DNA of 64,000 nt from Callorhinchus milii (GCF_018977255.1 NW_024704743.1:48982001-49046000), one strand, 5' to 3'; shown: positions 11,481 to 25,010, numbered from the stretch's first letter. Program-made: numbers and translations. Notes: generated from the sequence alone by a model not told the origin.

Positions 11481-11967
11481 TGTTTGAAACTACGATACGC
11501 AGACACCAAATAAAGGATAAGTGAGTGCATTTAAGAGACTATAATTATTTGCTGAACATTGAACATTGGGGAATTGGAAGAAGAAACAGTTTAAGATGAA
11601 ATAGCTTTGTCTGCAAGAAATATATAACTTTTTAAATGCATATTCTCTTATTGCATCAAATGAAAAAGCTGATGATTATATAGAGTTAAGTAGAAAGCTC
11701 TTGCAGAGATCACATTACAATACAATTGATTCAGAATGACAGTCAATATATTACAAAAAACAGTTTATTAGATATATCTTCTGCAGGAAAATTATAGTGT
11801 GAATGATACATTACTGACAGAAATAGAAAGCACTTCCATAACAAAGTGCATTGTAGCTGTTTCAAATTTACAACTGAGGTAAACTGTCAGCTAAAGAGAA
11901 ACTTATTTAATATCAATTTAACGATCTCAAATAACGTGAATCAATTGGTCTCCCTTTTTCTGCCTAA

Positions 11968-12045
11968 ACCTGATGAAAGGACCTGAAAGCTTGAGAGAAG
12001 AAATCTGTCACTTTAGAGTTAAATAAAAGTTACATTTCACATTAT
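11968..12045 (+). mobile_element. Penelope terminal fragment with degenerate hammerhead
   Basis: cctgatgaaaggacctgaaagcttg...aataaaag: CUGAUGA, shrunken AGG/CCU stem II, GAAA, palindromic AGCU, downstream AATAAA. Confidence 0.5.
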
Positions 12046-12049
12046 CCAT

Positions 12050-12430
12050 CCTTTGGATGATGTGTCAAAATTGAGGTCACTTCCACCCTTTTAGGTGGGC
12101 ATTAAAAATCCCAAGGCATTATTCACAAAGAGAGAAGGAATTTCTCTTGGTGTTGTGGTGAATAATCCCCCAGATAAAATTGCTCCTTCACTCATGGCTG
12201 TTTGTGGGACATTGTTGTGTGCATATTTTCAGCCGCATTCACCTACAAAAATACTCCACTTTACAGTGAATCCTGCGAAGCTGCTTTGAAATGTACTCTC
12301 AATGGTAAGGTGCTTTAATAATAATAATCCTTGCATTTCATACAGCACCTTTCACATTGGGAGGACATCTCAAAGCGTTTCACAGAATATACTGTAAACT
12401 GGAGAGAATATGTGTTTTGTGAGCAAAATT
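12050..12430. mobile_element. Old Deu-SINE (+, to ~12316) tail-to-tail with a SINE tail (-, from ~12317)
   Basis: aaaatcccaaggcattattc...tgtttgtgggacattg..., then taataataataatccttgcattt. Confidence 0.8.
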
Positions 12431-13122
12431 AAATGTAAGCATTAATATTCCTGCACCAAAACATCAATGAATTACTGTGCTTTGCTTGACACAATATAAC
12501 TAATTACAGTAAATTAAAAGGAATTAATTGGAAAACTGCAACATCATGCTTTCTTTATTAAAGCATTGTATGAAAGTATGATTTGAGAGGAGGAGTATAA
12601 CTGAGGGAAGAAAGCATGCCAGTGATGGGAAACTGATACTGACAAACTAACCATTTAGTTCAGCAAACCAAGGGCAAAATCTGCAGAACTTCAGAACAGA
12701 TCAAAACTGGTCAGAAATACGTTACAAAATACCAGGAATTCTTTTTATCCATTTTTACTGGATTTCAGTTTTAATGCATTTTATCCCATTTTAAATATAC
12801 AGTTGTATAAAAGATAAAAAATCTTTCTGGAGAATTCCCAATGATTTTCCAGGAATCTGTGGACATTTTAACCTACTGAGCACTGTTTGTTTGACAGGTT
12901 GCAATACAAAGGACAAAAGTAAACTTATTAAATGTAGGAAGTATATTTATGAATAAAATACTGTACCAAAAATCTGACTTGTAATTTTTTTNGGAATAGA
13001 AATAAAATGGCATGAGAAACAAAATAAATTTAGATAAAGAGTACACTTGAGTCTAAAATGCATTGATCATTATAATTTGCTATCTTTCCTACTAAATCTT
13101 TTTTTAAACTAAATAGGAAATT

Positions 13123-13183
13123 CAACAACAACAACTTGCATTTATATAACGCCCTTCAGGCAGGGTAGCGTCCCAGAGCACTT
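13123..13183 (-). mobile_element. ~60-nt L2-type 3' terminus, (TTG)n tail, TACCCT-loop variant
   Basis: caacaacaacaacttgcatttatataacgcccttcaggcagggtagcgtcccagagcact. Confidence 0.7.
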
Positions 13184-13506
13184 GAAAATTCCAATATAAA
13201 AACTTAGCAATAATGATCACTGTCTTTTTTTAGCAGTGAAAGCATGTTAGACGTCACGGTATAGGAATATTGGAATAGGATGTAATTGAATGGTACGAGA
13301 GATAAAGTATGATATGATATTTTTCCAATTTTGGGGCCAGCCAGGAAGGATTTCTTCCTGTCTTCTTCTCCAGGTTGTTACATGCTGGTATGATGTTTAT
13401 TCATATTCAGACTGTATGAAGTTATGAGTGGGTTACAGGATATAGAGTTCCCTTCACAATTGAAATAAACTATCAAATATTTGCTACCTCTATAGTAATT
13501 TAAATT

Positions 13507-13955
13507 AATAAATATGAATAATTCTTGCAGTTTATGAGGCACCATTCATGTCATAGGGAGGTCTCATAGCACAAATAACATGTGGTGAATGTATATTTTG
13601 TAGGTGAACAAGGCAGCCAATTTGCGCACAGCAATGCCCCACAAACATCCGTGAAGCTTATGACCGATTTGATCTGGTAGATTGTTGGCCATGACACTGG
13701 GAGAATTGCTCATTTAATTTCTTGAATTGTACCACAGTATTTTTAACTTTGTCTGAATAGGTAGACAGAGCCTTTAACATTTTATCCAAAACATGACTCT
13801 ACCCACAGCACAGCACTTCCCAAGCACTGTACTAGAGTATCAGCCTGGTCTATGAGTTTATGTCCCGATGTGGGGCTTGAACCCACAACCTCCTGACTGT
13901 ATAAAAATAAACATCATATCGGAGGCAAGGGTACTGCAAACTAAGCCAGGCTCAC
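13507..13955 (-). mobile_element. Full-length old Deu-SINE (SacSINE1-like)
   Basis: Tail, body, Deu domain (cagcacttcccaagcactgtactagagtatcagcctgg) and head (gggcttgaacccacaacctcctgact...gagg...ctaagcca). Confidence 0.85.
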
Positions 13956-16059
13956 GCACCTGACACCTTTCATTTTAAATGATGTATTTCTTCTACTGTC
14001 ATATCAATGTGACTTACTAAAACTATTAAAACAAACTTACCTTGGTGTAGCATGGTGGATGTTTCATTCTGGTGTGAAACGTATGGAATAGGCTCGATGA
14101 TATGAATGGCCTCCTCCTGTTCCTGTTTTCTTACGTTTCTAATACAAAGTACATGAGGGCCTAAGTTGGGGGATAGTAAGATAGTGGATAGTGAGGATCT
14201 TGAGAGTCAGTGTAAAAGTATTTGGCTGTTGACTGTGCCACAGGAAGTCAAACAGGAGTTCCCAGGTGTGAGCAACTATGTGGCACTCATTGCTGCTCAG
14301 TGCCTGCTCTCAGCTACTTGAGGTTTTATTTCAGGTTATGGCTCACGAGAAGGGTTAGGGTTAGGGTCACTACGTTCCTTCATTCATGTGCAATAAATTT
14401 GATATGCCAGATGAAATAGCTTTTCATCACATGACATTTTTCCAGCAATATAACATTTCTTCAGTAATATAAAATTAGTAATAATAATGTCAGATTGTGT
14501 AACAATTCCATTGTGGTTAGACAAATGAACACTGTAGTGTTTGGATACAGATATTTTGGATGAATCTGTTCCATACAGACTGACAAAAAGCAATTTGTTT
14601 GTGCTTTGCTGAATAGTATTTTCATGGTCAGCAGCTTGTTGGCATTCACTATTAGGTTCACTTGAGCAGGGGTACCATTACCATCCCTGGAACTGTTATC
14701 CTCCTCCCCCCATCAACAGTCATTGCCTTCAGTAAGAGGGGGAGGGAAGAAAAGGAAGTCAAAGAAACTACCATTTAATTACATTAACAGCAGAGAGTAG
14801 ATCAGAGCTTTAGTTAATTTCAAATTGTTGTAACATTGCATTCAACGTTACAACAATGTAAAAGTAATTTCAAGCAGAGAAGCTAGAAGAAGACATATTG
14901 TTTAGGCTCAGTCCCAAGGCTGCAAATACTGTGTGATCTCAATTCTGGCATTTGAATCCTCTTTGCCTAGGTCAAGTACTCTTATAGGGGAATTATTATG
15001 GATGAAATAAGTTCATTCCTGAACAAGCACAGGCATGAGCATGATTCAGACTATCCTTGTTATTGGAAACACATCAGCAACTGCGACTGAACATGTTTCT
15101 TCATTGTAAAAATACTGTGATCCTTTGTTTGTAGGAACAGTTGCTTTAAATTCAGGCCTTGATTTATATGGCTTGATGCGATTTATTTTGAGGTTCAGTA
15201 ACCCCACTCTGAAATAGGATCAGATCCTCTTTACTCTTCAGGTTTCCCCAGACCCAGCATATCAGAATGAATAATCTCACTACATAGTGCACGTAGAACT
15301 CCAGTATATCATGAATTCACTTCACTGGGCAATATATTCTACTGCACGATTTACATATTACAGTGTAATGATGAATGTTTTTGCAGTCTTTGAATTATAA
15401 AAGCCTCTAATGTCTCTCCATATCATTCTCTCAATCACCAACATTTAGGCATTGAAGGTGTTTAAGAAGTTAAAATTTCAACCCAAGTCAGGCTTTTTTA
15501 TCAGCTGCTTATAGTGCCTCCATCATCTGCAAATACTTTCAGCCAGGGAATTGCAGACAAGGAAAGAGAGGAAATGACAAAATAACTTACACACCCAGTA
15601 AAGAAAGACACAAATCTGCTGTGGATCGCTGGTCCTTACGATTAATAGATGGTTCAGACTAATGTAAAGTTGCAAAAGGTTAATGGAGATTTTAGTGAGG
15701 AAATATTGAACTGTGTTTTGAGGATTTGGTTTGCCAGACTAAACACTACGGTACTTAGATGTGGGTGCAAGCATCAACACGTTGCTATGATTTCATACGT
15801 TGTTGTAAGCTCTACTGGGTCAACATGCGTGACTTCCATTGTGTGCCTCCTGCCAGCCAATGCCCCCATTTATAAAGCTTTTATGAATCTTCTCAGTTGT
15901 TTAACTGTGCATGAGGATAAGTATGGTTTATATCAAATGAGAAACTGAGTTAGGTTTTGGAGTACAATACATACCATTTCAAGCTTGCACGATTATAATG
16001 AGTGATTTAGAATGTGATACAGATGGAATTAGAGCAGGAAGATTGAGAAAGTGAAGGAA

Positions 16060-16260
16060 GTTTCTCCCAGCATCCTGGCCAACAATTCCACAGATAAAAT
16101 TAGTCATTCACTTCTTGTCTGTTTGTGGGACATTGCTCTGTACAAGTTGGCTGCCGTGTTTGCCTAAAATATATATATTGTAAAATCCTGCACTTTGACA
16201 CATCCTCCCTGATGTAAAAGGCACTATATTAAATGCAAGGATTATTGTTATTATTTATTG
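16060..16260 (+). mobile_element. Deu-SINE 3' half
   Basis: tctcccagcatcctggccaaca...tgtttgtgggacattgct...aaatgcaaggattatt. Confidence 0.85.
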
Positions 16261-17589
16261 TCTTCCCAATACTGGCCTCACATGATCACACTTTTTTTGC
16301 AAACTAGCAGGGACCGGCAATTTATTTATGTTTAGATTTTTACCTTACTAAAATGCCAGACTGCTCTTTGCTGCAATGGTGATTGATGTTCCTCAATAGA
16401 TGGACTATTTCGGCAATTATTCTGTTTTGACTCATTTTTCTTAAATCAGGCAAAAGGTGTTGATGTGGATGCCAGTGTGCTTTGTGACTTTGATGTATGA
16501 AAGATTAATGGTCTGTGAGTTCATTGCAGCTTTATCTGAAAGTAATCTGCACCAGTTAACTCGGAAAAAGGTTATAAACTTCAAAACTACGGAACACAAT
16601 GCGACAATTATCATTAGTACCTGTCACAGAAGCAATAAGTGTTCTTCAGATCAAATATTAGCATCCCAAATCTTTCCTCAATCTCGTGTCATCGAGCACA
16701 TGTGCACTTAATGCTGCTGGTAATCTTTAAACATAGAAAATGAAACAACAAATCGTTATTTTTTAATTGTGTCACATTCAAATATGCAGCTTGTTAACTG
16801 CCTGCCTCCTTTCCTTTTTGTTTAATTTAAGGAATACAGCAGGATAAAGTTTTCTAAAGAGAAATGTTGGAGGACATGATGTTTATTGTGTAGTCAATGC
16901 AGCAATTCATCACCACAAGGACGAATACATTATGCTTTCCTCTGCTATCACACAAGATACACACATGTTCATCATGAAATTACGTAACTGCATCTCCCAC
17001 ATAAGACTTTGAATAAACTGCTTCTTTGAAATGGGTTAAAATATTAATTACAAACATGTTCTTTTGGTGTCAACAGGTTTCAGAAACAAACTTAAAGGAA
17101 GTTTAAAAAGTTTTGCTGCCACTTTGTCTTACATTATAAACGTCCAGGGCCAGATAACATTTGCAAACATGTACAGAGGAAAATGTCACCATTGTGCATA
17201 TGGGATGTTAGCAATTGGTTTGAAAGCAGAAAGTGTGTCATATCCGAATTGGTCCAAATAAAACCAGATTTGGGTATTGAATGTAAGGTTTGGGTTTGGC
17301 GCTTGGCTCTAGACGTCAATCTGATCCTATCCACATTTTATTTCCAGGTGCTGATCTGACAAAGCGTGGCCTATACGATAGGTGAGAAAATAAATGGCAA
17401 AACCATCAGTTCAAGCTAAATTCTTGCTTTATTAATCATTCGGTAAACAATTTACATTTTACATTCAAAAAGTACCTTTCATGTCAGGAGGAAGTCTCAA
17501 AGAGTTTAACACAGCTGGCTGGGGATCCAAGCCAGGGGCAATGGGGAGCTGAAGAAGGGGAGTGGGTGGGAAGATAAACAATGAAGCAT

Positions 17590-17762
17590 TCAAAACAACA
17601 CAAAATATGTCAGCATCTGAAAGAGAAAGACAGGTCAAAAGGGTTTCAAGGTGTTACTGCCTTTTATCCTATATTCTCAGTGAAACTTTAAATAATGTTT
17701 CTCTTTGTAACTCTGATTGATTTGCTGTATATTTGAGTTTTATTTCAGTTTTCCAGCAATTT
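17590..17762. mobile_element. Degenerate inverted pair of Penelope pseudo-LTR fragments
   Basis: tcagcatctgaaagagaaagacagg on the left and tgatttgctgtatattt...ttccagcaattttct on the right. Confidence 0.4.
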
Positions 17763-18003
17763 TCTCGACCTTAGTGAGCCGCACAATTGCTTATCATATA
17801 GTCACACTTATAAACATTCAGAATACAAAATATCAAATTTAAGAACCCTCTATTAAAAATGACACTTTATATAGCAATGTAATAATGTTATAATAATAGC
17901 AATGACACAGTAATGATTGGTGAATGTTTTTAAAAAATCTCAAGAGAGGTTTGTACTTTCATACTTGCATAGTGACTTATACAGCTGTGAATTCACATTG
18001 ATC

Positions 18004-18150
18004 ATAATAATAATCCTTGCAATTGATATAGCATTCTATCACGTCTTCGAGATGTCTCAAAGCGTTTCACAGAATACACTGTAAAGTGAATTGACTGTAT
18101 ATTTTGTGGTGAAACGTGGCAGCCTATTGTGCACAGCAGCGTCCCACTAT
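18004..18150 (-). mobile_element. SINE subfamily A 3' half
   Basis: ataataataatccttgc...tcacgtcttcgagatgtctcaaagcg...aaacgtggcagcc. Confidence 0.9.
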
Positions 18151-18177
18151 GTACACCACCTTAATCATCTCTCATTT

Positions 18178-18300
18178 GGACTAACATTCCATTTAGTCTT
18201 AGCCCGTGAGACCATTTTTACTTAAAATTTAAGATTGCACAGAAATCTGGAAAATTCATCAATGCAGCTTTAACTTGAAAGCACATTTTTCACCTCTGCT
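18178..18300. mobile_element. Palindromic MITE family half copy
   Basis: tttagtcttagcccgtgagacc...aaaatttaagattgcacaga matches the arms of the 58401 copy. Confidence 0.6.
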
Positions 18301-18329
18301 TTTTATTTTTTTTGTTGTGTTAAGTTAAG

Positions 18330-18905
18330 AAGGGGGCAAGGCGGAGGGATAGAGGTGTAGTGGCTGAAAGTGTGGCCCCCGATGGTGGAACGTAAGGCAC
18401 CAGAGACATTCCAGAACCACTCTAGTGGAGGAGGCAACTATTCCTCAACTCTTACCCCATACCCTTCAAAATTATTTTTCATTCTGCATTATAGAATCCC
18501 TTCTGATGCAAGCCTCCTCACATCCTTTATAACCTCACCAGTGACGTACTCTAGGCTAGAATAATTTCTCATCTTGCACTCAAATACTCTCATGATGCAA
18601 CCCAGTATGTGTTTATGATTTGTTGAGGGAAGCCTCAGGCTTCTAGTTTGGAAAGAGAATTTCAGAGGACAGGTGTGTAGCGGCATTGGGACTAGGATCC
18701 CATAGAGAACCAGAGACAGAAGAGTGGAAACTTATAGGCTGGGTCAGAAAGTTGAGGTAGATTACACAGATAGGAGTAATTGGGGTGATGGACATCAATC
18801 CTCTGTGGAACAGGCAGTCAGATGAGCTCAGCAACACTCTAGGTGATGAGAGCCCTCAGTGGGCTGGGGATTCTGCGAGTTTAAATTTGTGAAGGATGGA
18901 GCTAG
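18330..18905 (-). mobile_element. Old L2 LINE fragments
   Basis: ggctgaaagtgtggcccccgatggtgg and other GA-rich degenerate L2 ORF2 sequence. Confidence 0.45.
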
Positions 18906-19579
18906 AGAGGCATAGACAGAGAGAATTGGAGATCACCAGAGTCTTATTTAATGATATTTTTCTGTATTTGTCTGGCTTTCCTTTTTAAAGAAAAAATGCA
19001 GCTTCTTTCAGAGAGGAATCACTAAGCTGCTAGCTGTGAATCTGGTGCCATTACAGTTAACATTAAGTTTTCCCCTTTACAGTAACTCAAAATGCTATGT
19101 TCTGGAAACTGTAGACTTCATAGCTGCAACAGCAGAACTGCTTATCAGTGCACTACCAGAATTAATGGGCGATAAAGTGTTCCTGCAACCATCAAGGTTT
19201 GGATCAGTTAATTTTACTGAAAAGGGCAGTTCTTGCTATGAAGAATTTCACTTTGGAGCAAAAATTCTAACTGGAAAACTCAACTTACACGTCAAAGGAT
19301 TCTGTTGTGATTTTGGAAGTGAAGATGCTGACTAATGAGGTTATTTATGATGTTGTGTCCAATAAATTAGATGTGATTTGCGTAACAAATGTCAGCAAGA
19401 CAACAAGGAATGCAAGGCAAGTGTGATTTTTTATGGATATGATATATCAGCTGAATATTTTGGTATATTTAAACAAAAGCTTCCAGGACCAATGTGAGCA
19501 CCTAGTGATTAATTTGTTGAATCTTTATGTTAAAAAAAAGATTGATATCACAAGAGTATTTCTTTGATATCAGGATACG

Positions 19580-19930
19580 AGGTTGTGCATTCAAGCTCCA
19601 TGCATGACTTTGAACTCACAGTCTAGGCTGACACTCCAATACAATCCTGGGGGAGTGCTGTATTGTTCGACCAAGGTTTCATCTGTCTGTTCAGGTAGAC
19701 GTTAAAGATCCCATGGCAAGAAAGAGTGTCTCCTTGTTATCCTGGCCAACAGGATGAATTTGTTTATTCATTTTATAGCTGTTTGTGGGAATTGCTGTGC
19801 ATAAATTGGCTGGTGTATTCGTCTACAAATATGTAGTCACAACACCTTACAGTAAATCCTGTGAAGCTCTTTGAAATGTTTCAACAATGTGATGAGGTGT
19901 TGTATAAAATGCAAGCGTTATTATATTATT
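19580..19930 (+). mobile_element. Near full-length old Deu-SINE
   Basis: gtctaggctgacactccaatacaatcctgggggagtgctg...gttcaggtagacgttaaagatcccatggca...tail. Confidence 0.85.
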
Positions 19931-19964
19931 GTATTATGACTAGTGAAAGATATCTTACAAAGAT

Positions 19965-20280
19965 TTATGAAGATGTACAGGCCACTTGGCCCAACCAGTC
20001 CATGTCATACCCTTCTGTTCATCTCTCCCTCTTGTGAAGATCTAGCTTCCTCTTGAATGCATCTATGCTATTTGATTCAATCACCACTTCAGACAGAGAG
20101 TTCCACAATCTCACTGCCCACTATATGAAGTAGTTCTACCTAAATTCTTTTTTAGATTCCTTAGTCACCAGCTTATACTTGTGTCCCCTGGTTAAGGACT
20201 CTCCAACCAGTGGAAACAGCTTATTTATGTTAATCTAATCAAACCCTTTATAATTTTAAACACCTGTATTAGGTCCCCCT
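19965..20280 (-). mobile_element. CR1 3' fragment
   Basis: ggccacttggcccaaccagtcc, ctcttgaatgcatct, ttccacaatctcact; minus-strand translation KGDLIQVFKIIKG. Confidence 0.85.
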
Positions 20281-21284
20281 TAAATTGAGCTATCGGCCAA
20301 ATGCAATGTGTGTATTGGCATAAAGACCCATGCGATGACTCATAGCATCTATAGGCACTGGTTGAATTAGTCCATTTATTGGACAAAAAGGGTTTACTTT
20401 GTCTAGTTGATGAATGAATTAAGTTAATGATAAATATTAATGAATAAATATTAGTCACCTAATATCAATAGACGCAGGCTTCACTTTCATGCCAAAAGCT
20501 GGCCAATGCCAGAGGAAGGTCAGGAGGAAGTGATTTTATCATGAGGCACAAATTCTGAGGCCACTTTGTCTTTAGGTTGGTTATAATATTATCTTTTACA
20601 ATTTAAATGTGTGTTTCAATTAAGCAAGTGCAGAACCAGTCAATTTTAAGCTGTGCTCCCAGATGGCCACCTACAACACAGTTAGAAAAAAATGAACAGG
20701 AATTTTTCTACCAATTATCTATTCGTTAAAAATATCACAAAGTGTCTGTGTCATTTTTTTTGGGGGGGCGGGGGGGAAGAATGCGGTGTGTGACATGATC
20801 GGAACAACACAGGTGTGACCACCACCACATGTCAGAGAGAATAGTTCACAGATCCAATGCTGTTAATAGACCTGTGACCAACAGTCTAGCCAATATCTAT
20901 TGGTGAGCGTCTTTGCCCTGCAGTGGCTACCGTGCTGTGAAGCCAACAGAAATTTCTATTGTGCACAATTTTTTGTCATTGCATTCCGAGACTTATGAAG
21001 ATAAGACAGCTGTGACGTAAATGGATGAGGAGGTACACAGCAGCAATTATACAGTGTAAGGCACATCATTTCGCACGACTGAAAGGCTAACTGATACAGA
21101 GACATAATGTGCTTACATGCTGAAAAATAGCACAACCGCTTCATAATATAACAGTGACAACTCCATTATAAGTGAATGCAATTGACATAAAAGCCTCCTT
21201 TACTGCTGTGGACTGACCCTTGATTGATCCACTACCTCTGCAGTCAAGCTTTTAATGCCTTGTACCTCACCTCATACTGGACTC

Positions 21285-21545
21285 ACATCAGAGATGGTCA
21301 AAGATGTATGTTTTGAGCAGACCTTGAAGGAGGTGAGGGAATGGATGAGAATAAAGGGACTCCAGGATGAAGTTCCAGATAGTAGGGTAGAAAGCCCGAC
21401 TGTCGATGGTGGACATGAAGCAGGCAATGCCTGCCAAGCAGAGGGAATGGACCAATTAGTATGGTTATATAAGATCACGTAGGTAGGGTGGGGCAAGAAC
21501 TTGGAAGGATTTAAAAGTGAGGACGAGAATCTTGAACTCGATTCT
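21285..21545 (-). mobile_element. L2 LINE 3' fragment
   Basis: accttgaaggaggtgaggga...gttccagat...aaagcccgactgtcgatggtgg...tttaaaagtgaggacgagaatcttgaact (FKILVLTFK). Confidence 0.8.
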
Positions 21546-21609
21546 AAAACATCCTCTTGTTTAAAAAAAAAGTTACTTTAAAAAAAGGAAAACATGTATA
21601 TAGAACCTG

Positions 21610-22810
21610 AAAATTATTCTAAATTTAGAAACCAAAGCAATTTTGATGCGTTACAACGAAGGAAGCAATGAACTGGACCAAAGCAATGAAACGGCGGCAA
21701 ATTAACCATCAATGATAAAGCAAAAGTAGCTTTATTTGTTATAGTATGACTGCACAGTGGACATTTACTGATGATCCATCTGCGCCTTTGAGCATTGGAC
21801 CAGAAAGGAACATATGAAAGATAAAAGAGATGCAATGGCAACAATTATACTCAGATCATAGGTCATACCCAAGAGCAATAGGGTCAGCTGATACCTGGTG
21901 TCATCTGTCCTTTCCACAGTGCCTGACGTTTCTTACATAAAGAGTCCTTTTGTTGGAAATACTATCCTTTTCTATTGAGCTTTTACCGCTTATTCAGCTG
22001 AAGAGTTGCTGACTTCTGCAAGGTTTCTTTCCCTTTTTTTAACCAGAAAGATAATAGCCATTCTGCACAGGGACAGATTTGCTTGAAAGAGCACTGTTGC
22101 TGCCTGGGGCTATAATGAGCCAATTTTCTTCTCTGAAAATGGGAAAAGCGCAGCAGCTGCAATGTTGTCTGGTTCCTGACAAATGATGCTGTCACTCTTC
22201 CTAATGATTGGTAATAGGATGGCATTTCACTTTTCACACAGATGAGACCCTGACATTGACAGAAAGTGAATGAAGCACGCCAACCAGTCCTACTGCAATT
22301 CTCTCCAATAATTTGAAAAGGGCTCCGCATTTGCTTTGATTTCCTCATGTTATTATTGTACCTTTTTGCATTCTCGATGATTGTTTAACCTTGGAAAAGA
22401 TATATGGGAGCATGTGAATCTGAAGAAAGATTCGATTGTTGTAAGGAACAATATAGCTCTGGTTAAGCAGCAGCAAGCTTGGCACAGCCCTGCATCTCTT
22501 GTCACTTTTCTCCAAATTATACAGCTATTTTGAAGCATTCCTAGCCGAATTGCTGTACTAATGTGTGGCCCCATTGAATAGGATGACACAGGGTTCTTTT
22601 GTGTAATGTCCCCGTTCTTGCTGACTTTACAATCCAAGACCAGTTCTTGTGGCGATGTGGTAGGAAAAACATTGAGCAGAAGTGTAGACCTTCCTCATGG
22701 ATAGCAGGTATCGGAAAAGCCAGAGTGATTCAGCCTGACCTTTTGTTAGTCACCTCCTTCCATCAAAAGAGGGCACCGCGTTCCTGCATAGGGAATGCAC
22801 AGTAACAACT
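21610..22810. promoter_or_regulatory. Repeat-free island, candidate conserved non-coding element
   Basis: 1.2 kb unique sequence; its ORFs resemble no protein I recognise; conservation not tested. Confidence 0.3.
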
Positions 22811-23629
22811 GGGGAGATCACTCAAAACTAGAATGGGTGTTAGATCAAAAACAAATGGGACAACACTTAATTCTGGAGAGTATTAAACATAAGTTGGCAA
22901 GAGCCAAGGCTTTGTGACCCTAGGGTGGATGTTGAGGTACTGCTGGAGTTTAATTAGCTAAATCCACGCAGCTTTCCATTGTAAACACTGGCAAGTTTCC
23001 CATTGCTTGCCCACCGACCTAGGCTCATCTGTGTTTTCCTAGTTTATTTTTTAAACAACAAGGTGTTTTTAAAATAATAGGATATTCTTTGCCTACAAAT
23101 ACACAGTCACTATACGTTACAGTAAAATCCTATAAAGCGCTTTGAGGCATCTCAACGATGTGATAAGGCACGATAACAAAGGCAAAGATTATTATCTTAT
23201 CCATTAGTTGTAGCTTACAAGGTTAATAGGAGCCAAATAGGAAGAATAATAGCTCCCAGTGAATGACCTGAAATGTTTTGTTTCATGATGTGAGATGTTT
23301 TTAACAATTCCAACCTACAAAATTGTTGTTATATAAACAAATATAGTTTTATGTGGATTTCTGCATTGTCTGAATACATTGCTATAGAATTTGATACTTG
23401 GTTATTTCTTTTAAAAAAGGTTCACTACAGTAAATCATCAGTTTACAGAAACAGACTAACATCTGTTCTATCCTACCCCAAAACCTACCAAAAATAAAAC
23501 ACATTCACATTTTCTAAATTGATCATTTTATAAATAGCAAATTTAATGTCTTCACCATGTGATCAATGTGGATTTAAAAATCTACGACCGGTTCCAAATG
23601 GGTTAGAGCGATGTGCTTCCAATTACTTG

Positions 23630-23870
23630 CAAGAGTTGTTTTTTACACCATTTTACACCAGGAGGACATTTAAAAGTGTTTAATAGGATGACTGTGTATT
23701 TTGTAGGCAAAACAGCGGTGAATTTACACCCATAAATGTCCTACAAACAGCCAATTAAGTGAATAATCAATATTATTTGGGAATTGTTACCCAGGATACC
23801 AGAAGAAAGCACCTTCTCTTTTCAAGTAGTACCATGGGGTCTTTAATGTCCACCTAAACAGACAAGTTTG
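23630..23870 (-). mobile_element. Old Deu-SINE, degenerate
   Basis: aatgtcctacaaacagcca...ccaggatacc...accatggggtctttaatgtccacctaaacagac. Confidence 0.75.
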
Positions 23871-23877
23871 CAACTTA

Positions 23878-24105
23878 AGGTTAGAAATTCCACCTGAGTT
23901 TAAATTTACTCTATTGACTTAACATTTTAGAGCTTCTAAAATTTGGCAAATTCTTAAATAGAGTCTTACGATTTGGGGAGCCCGTTTTCTGAAAATTTCT
24001 TTTAGCAACTACAGAGTAAACATTTCAAAGTATAGACTGATTTCTAGAATTTGACAAATTCTGAATAGACTGAAATTCTAAGATAACAGAGGAAATCCAG
24101 AACCA
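23878..24105. mobile_element. Palindromic MITE family copy, degenerate
   Basis: aggttagaaattccacctgagt left terminus; aaatttggcaaattctt and agaatttgacaaatt are inverted counterparts. Confidence 0.5.
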
Positions 24106-24232
24106 GATTAAACGTTGCCCTCTGAATTAAAGTTATAAATCTCTACATATTAAACCCCAATGCCAGTTCAAGAACAGGGATTGAGTCAGTAGTAATTTGC
24201 TTAAAATTACCTTTTATTTTTGTCAATTTCTA

Positions 24233-25010
24233 CTATTCTCCTTGAAGGTGCTGATTCTTGCTGGAATGTGAGTCATGGGATGCCAGTGGTCCTCCTGTAT
24301 CTTTCCTATGTGGGCATTCTTCATGGGTAAGCCAGATAGTGAGTGCTGGATGGCTATTCAACTGTGGAGGACAGACCAATCCTATTCCCACCCAGCAATC
24401 ACGCCAGTGAAATTTTCTGTAAGGATTACTGGATAGTATTAATTTCAGTCTCAAGCCCACTGACCACAATTGTGCTGTTGTTATCTCACCTCCTCCCCAC
24501 CTCTGCGACCTACTAACCTACCTTACCACCCATCCTGCTCCCTCACCTCAGTGGGCACTGGCCCCCTACCCATCCCACCATCGGCAGTTGGACCTTCAGC
24601 TTTTCTGCCTCCACCTTTTGGAACTCCAACCTGGAATCCCTTTTCCTTGTCCCCCCACTCCCTTATCTTCTTCAAGGCCTGTCTCAAGACCTTCCTCTTT
24701 GACCATGCCTTTGGTCATCCTTCCATTTTCATCTCCCTTGGCCTCCATGCCTCTTGATTCCAACCCCAGCTTGGGTGCAAACTCTTGACTCTCCAGCGAC
24801 TTGGGATGCCATCCCGACATAAAAGGCACTGTATAAATACAATTTGTTGTTGTTGTTCGAGCAAGCAGGTGCAAAACACCCTGAATGCACTTTCCCATTC
24901 CCATCCCAGGGGCACTGAGGCCAATTGTATTACCCCAATGAATGCCCCAGATCTGATCAGTCAGCACAGCACAGACCTGGACAAACCAGAGAGCTCCAGG
25001 TCTGTATGAT
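24233..25010 (-). mobile_element. Ancient tRNA-derived SINE (LF-SINE/UCON-like), split by an L2 fragment
   Basis: 3' part 24233-24445 (cattcttcatgggtaagcc...gtgagtg...ggctattcaactgtggagg); 5' part 24890-25010 (cccaggggcactgaggccaattgta...cagcacagacc); related copies at 54150 and 30030. Confidence 0.6.
24490..24857 (+). mobile_element. L2 LINE 3' fragment
   Basis: cccaccatcggcagttggaccttcagc...tggaactcc...ttcaaggcctgtctcaagaccttcctctttgacc...(TTG)n tail. Confidence 0.9.

Noticed and set aside
12992..12992. Single N after a poly-T run
   Set aside because: Assembly ambiguity, not biology; local continuity is uncertain.
21983..22348. 121-aa ORF in unique sequence
   Set aside because: No recognisable domain and no convincing splice context; more likely non-coding.
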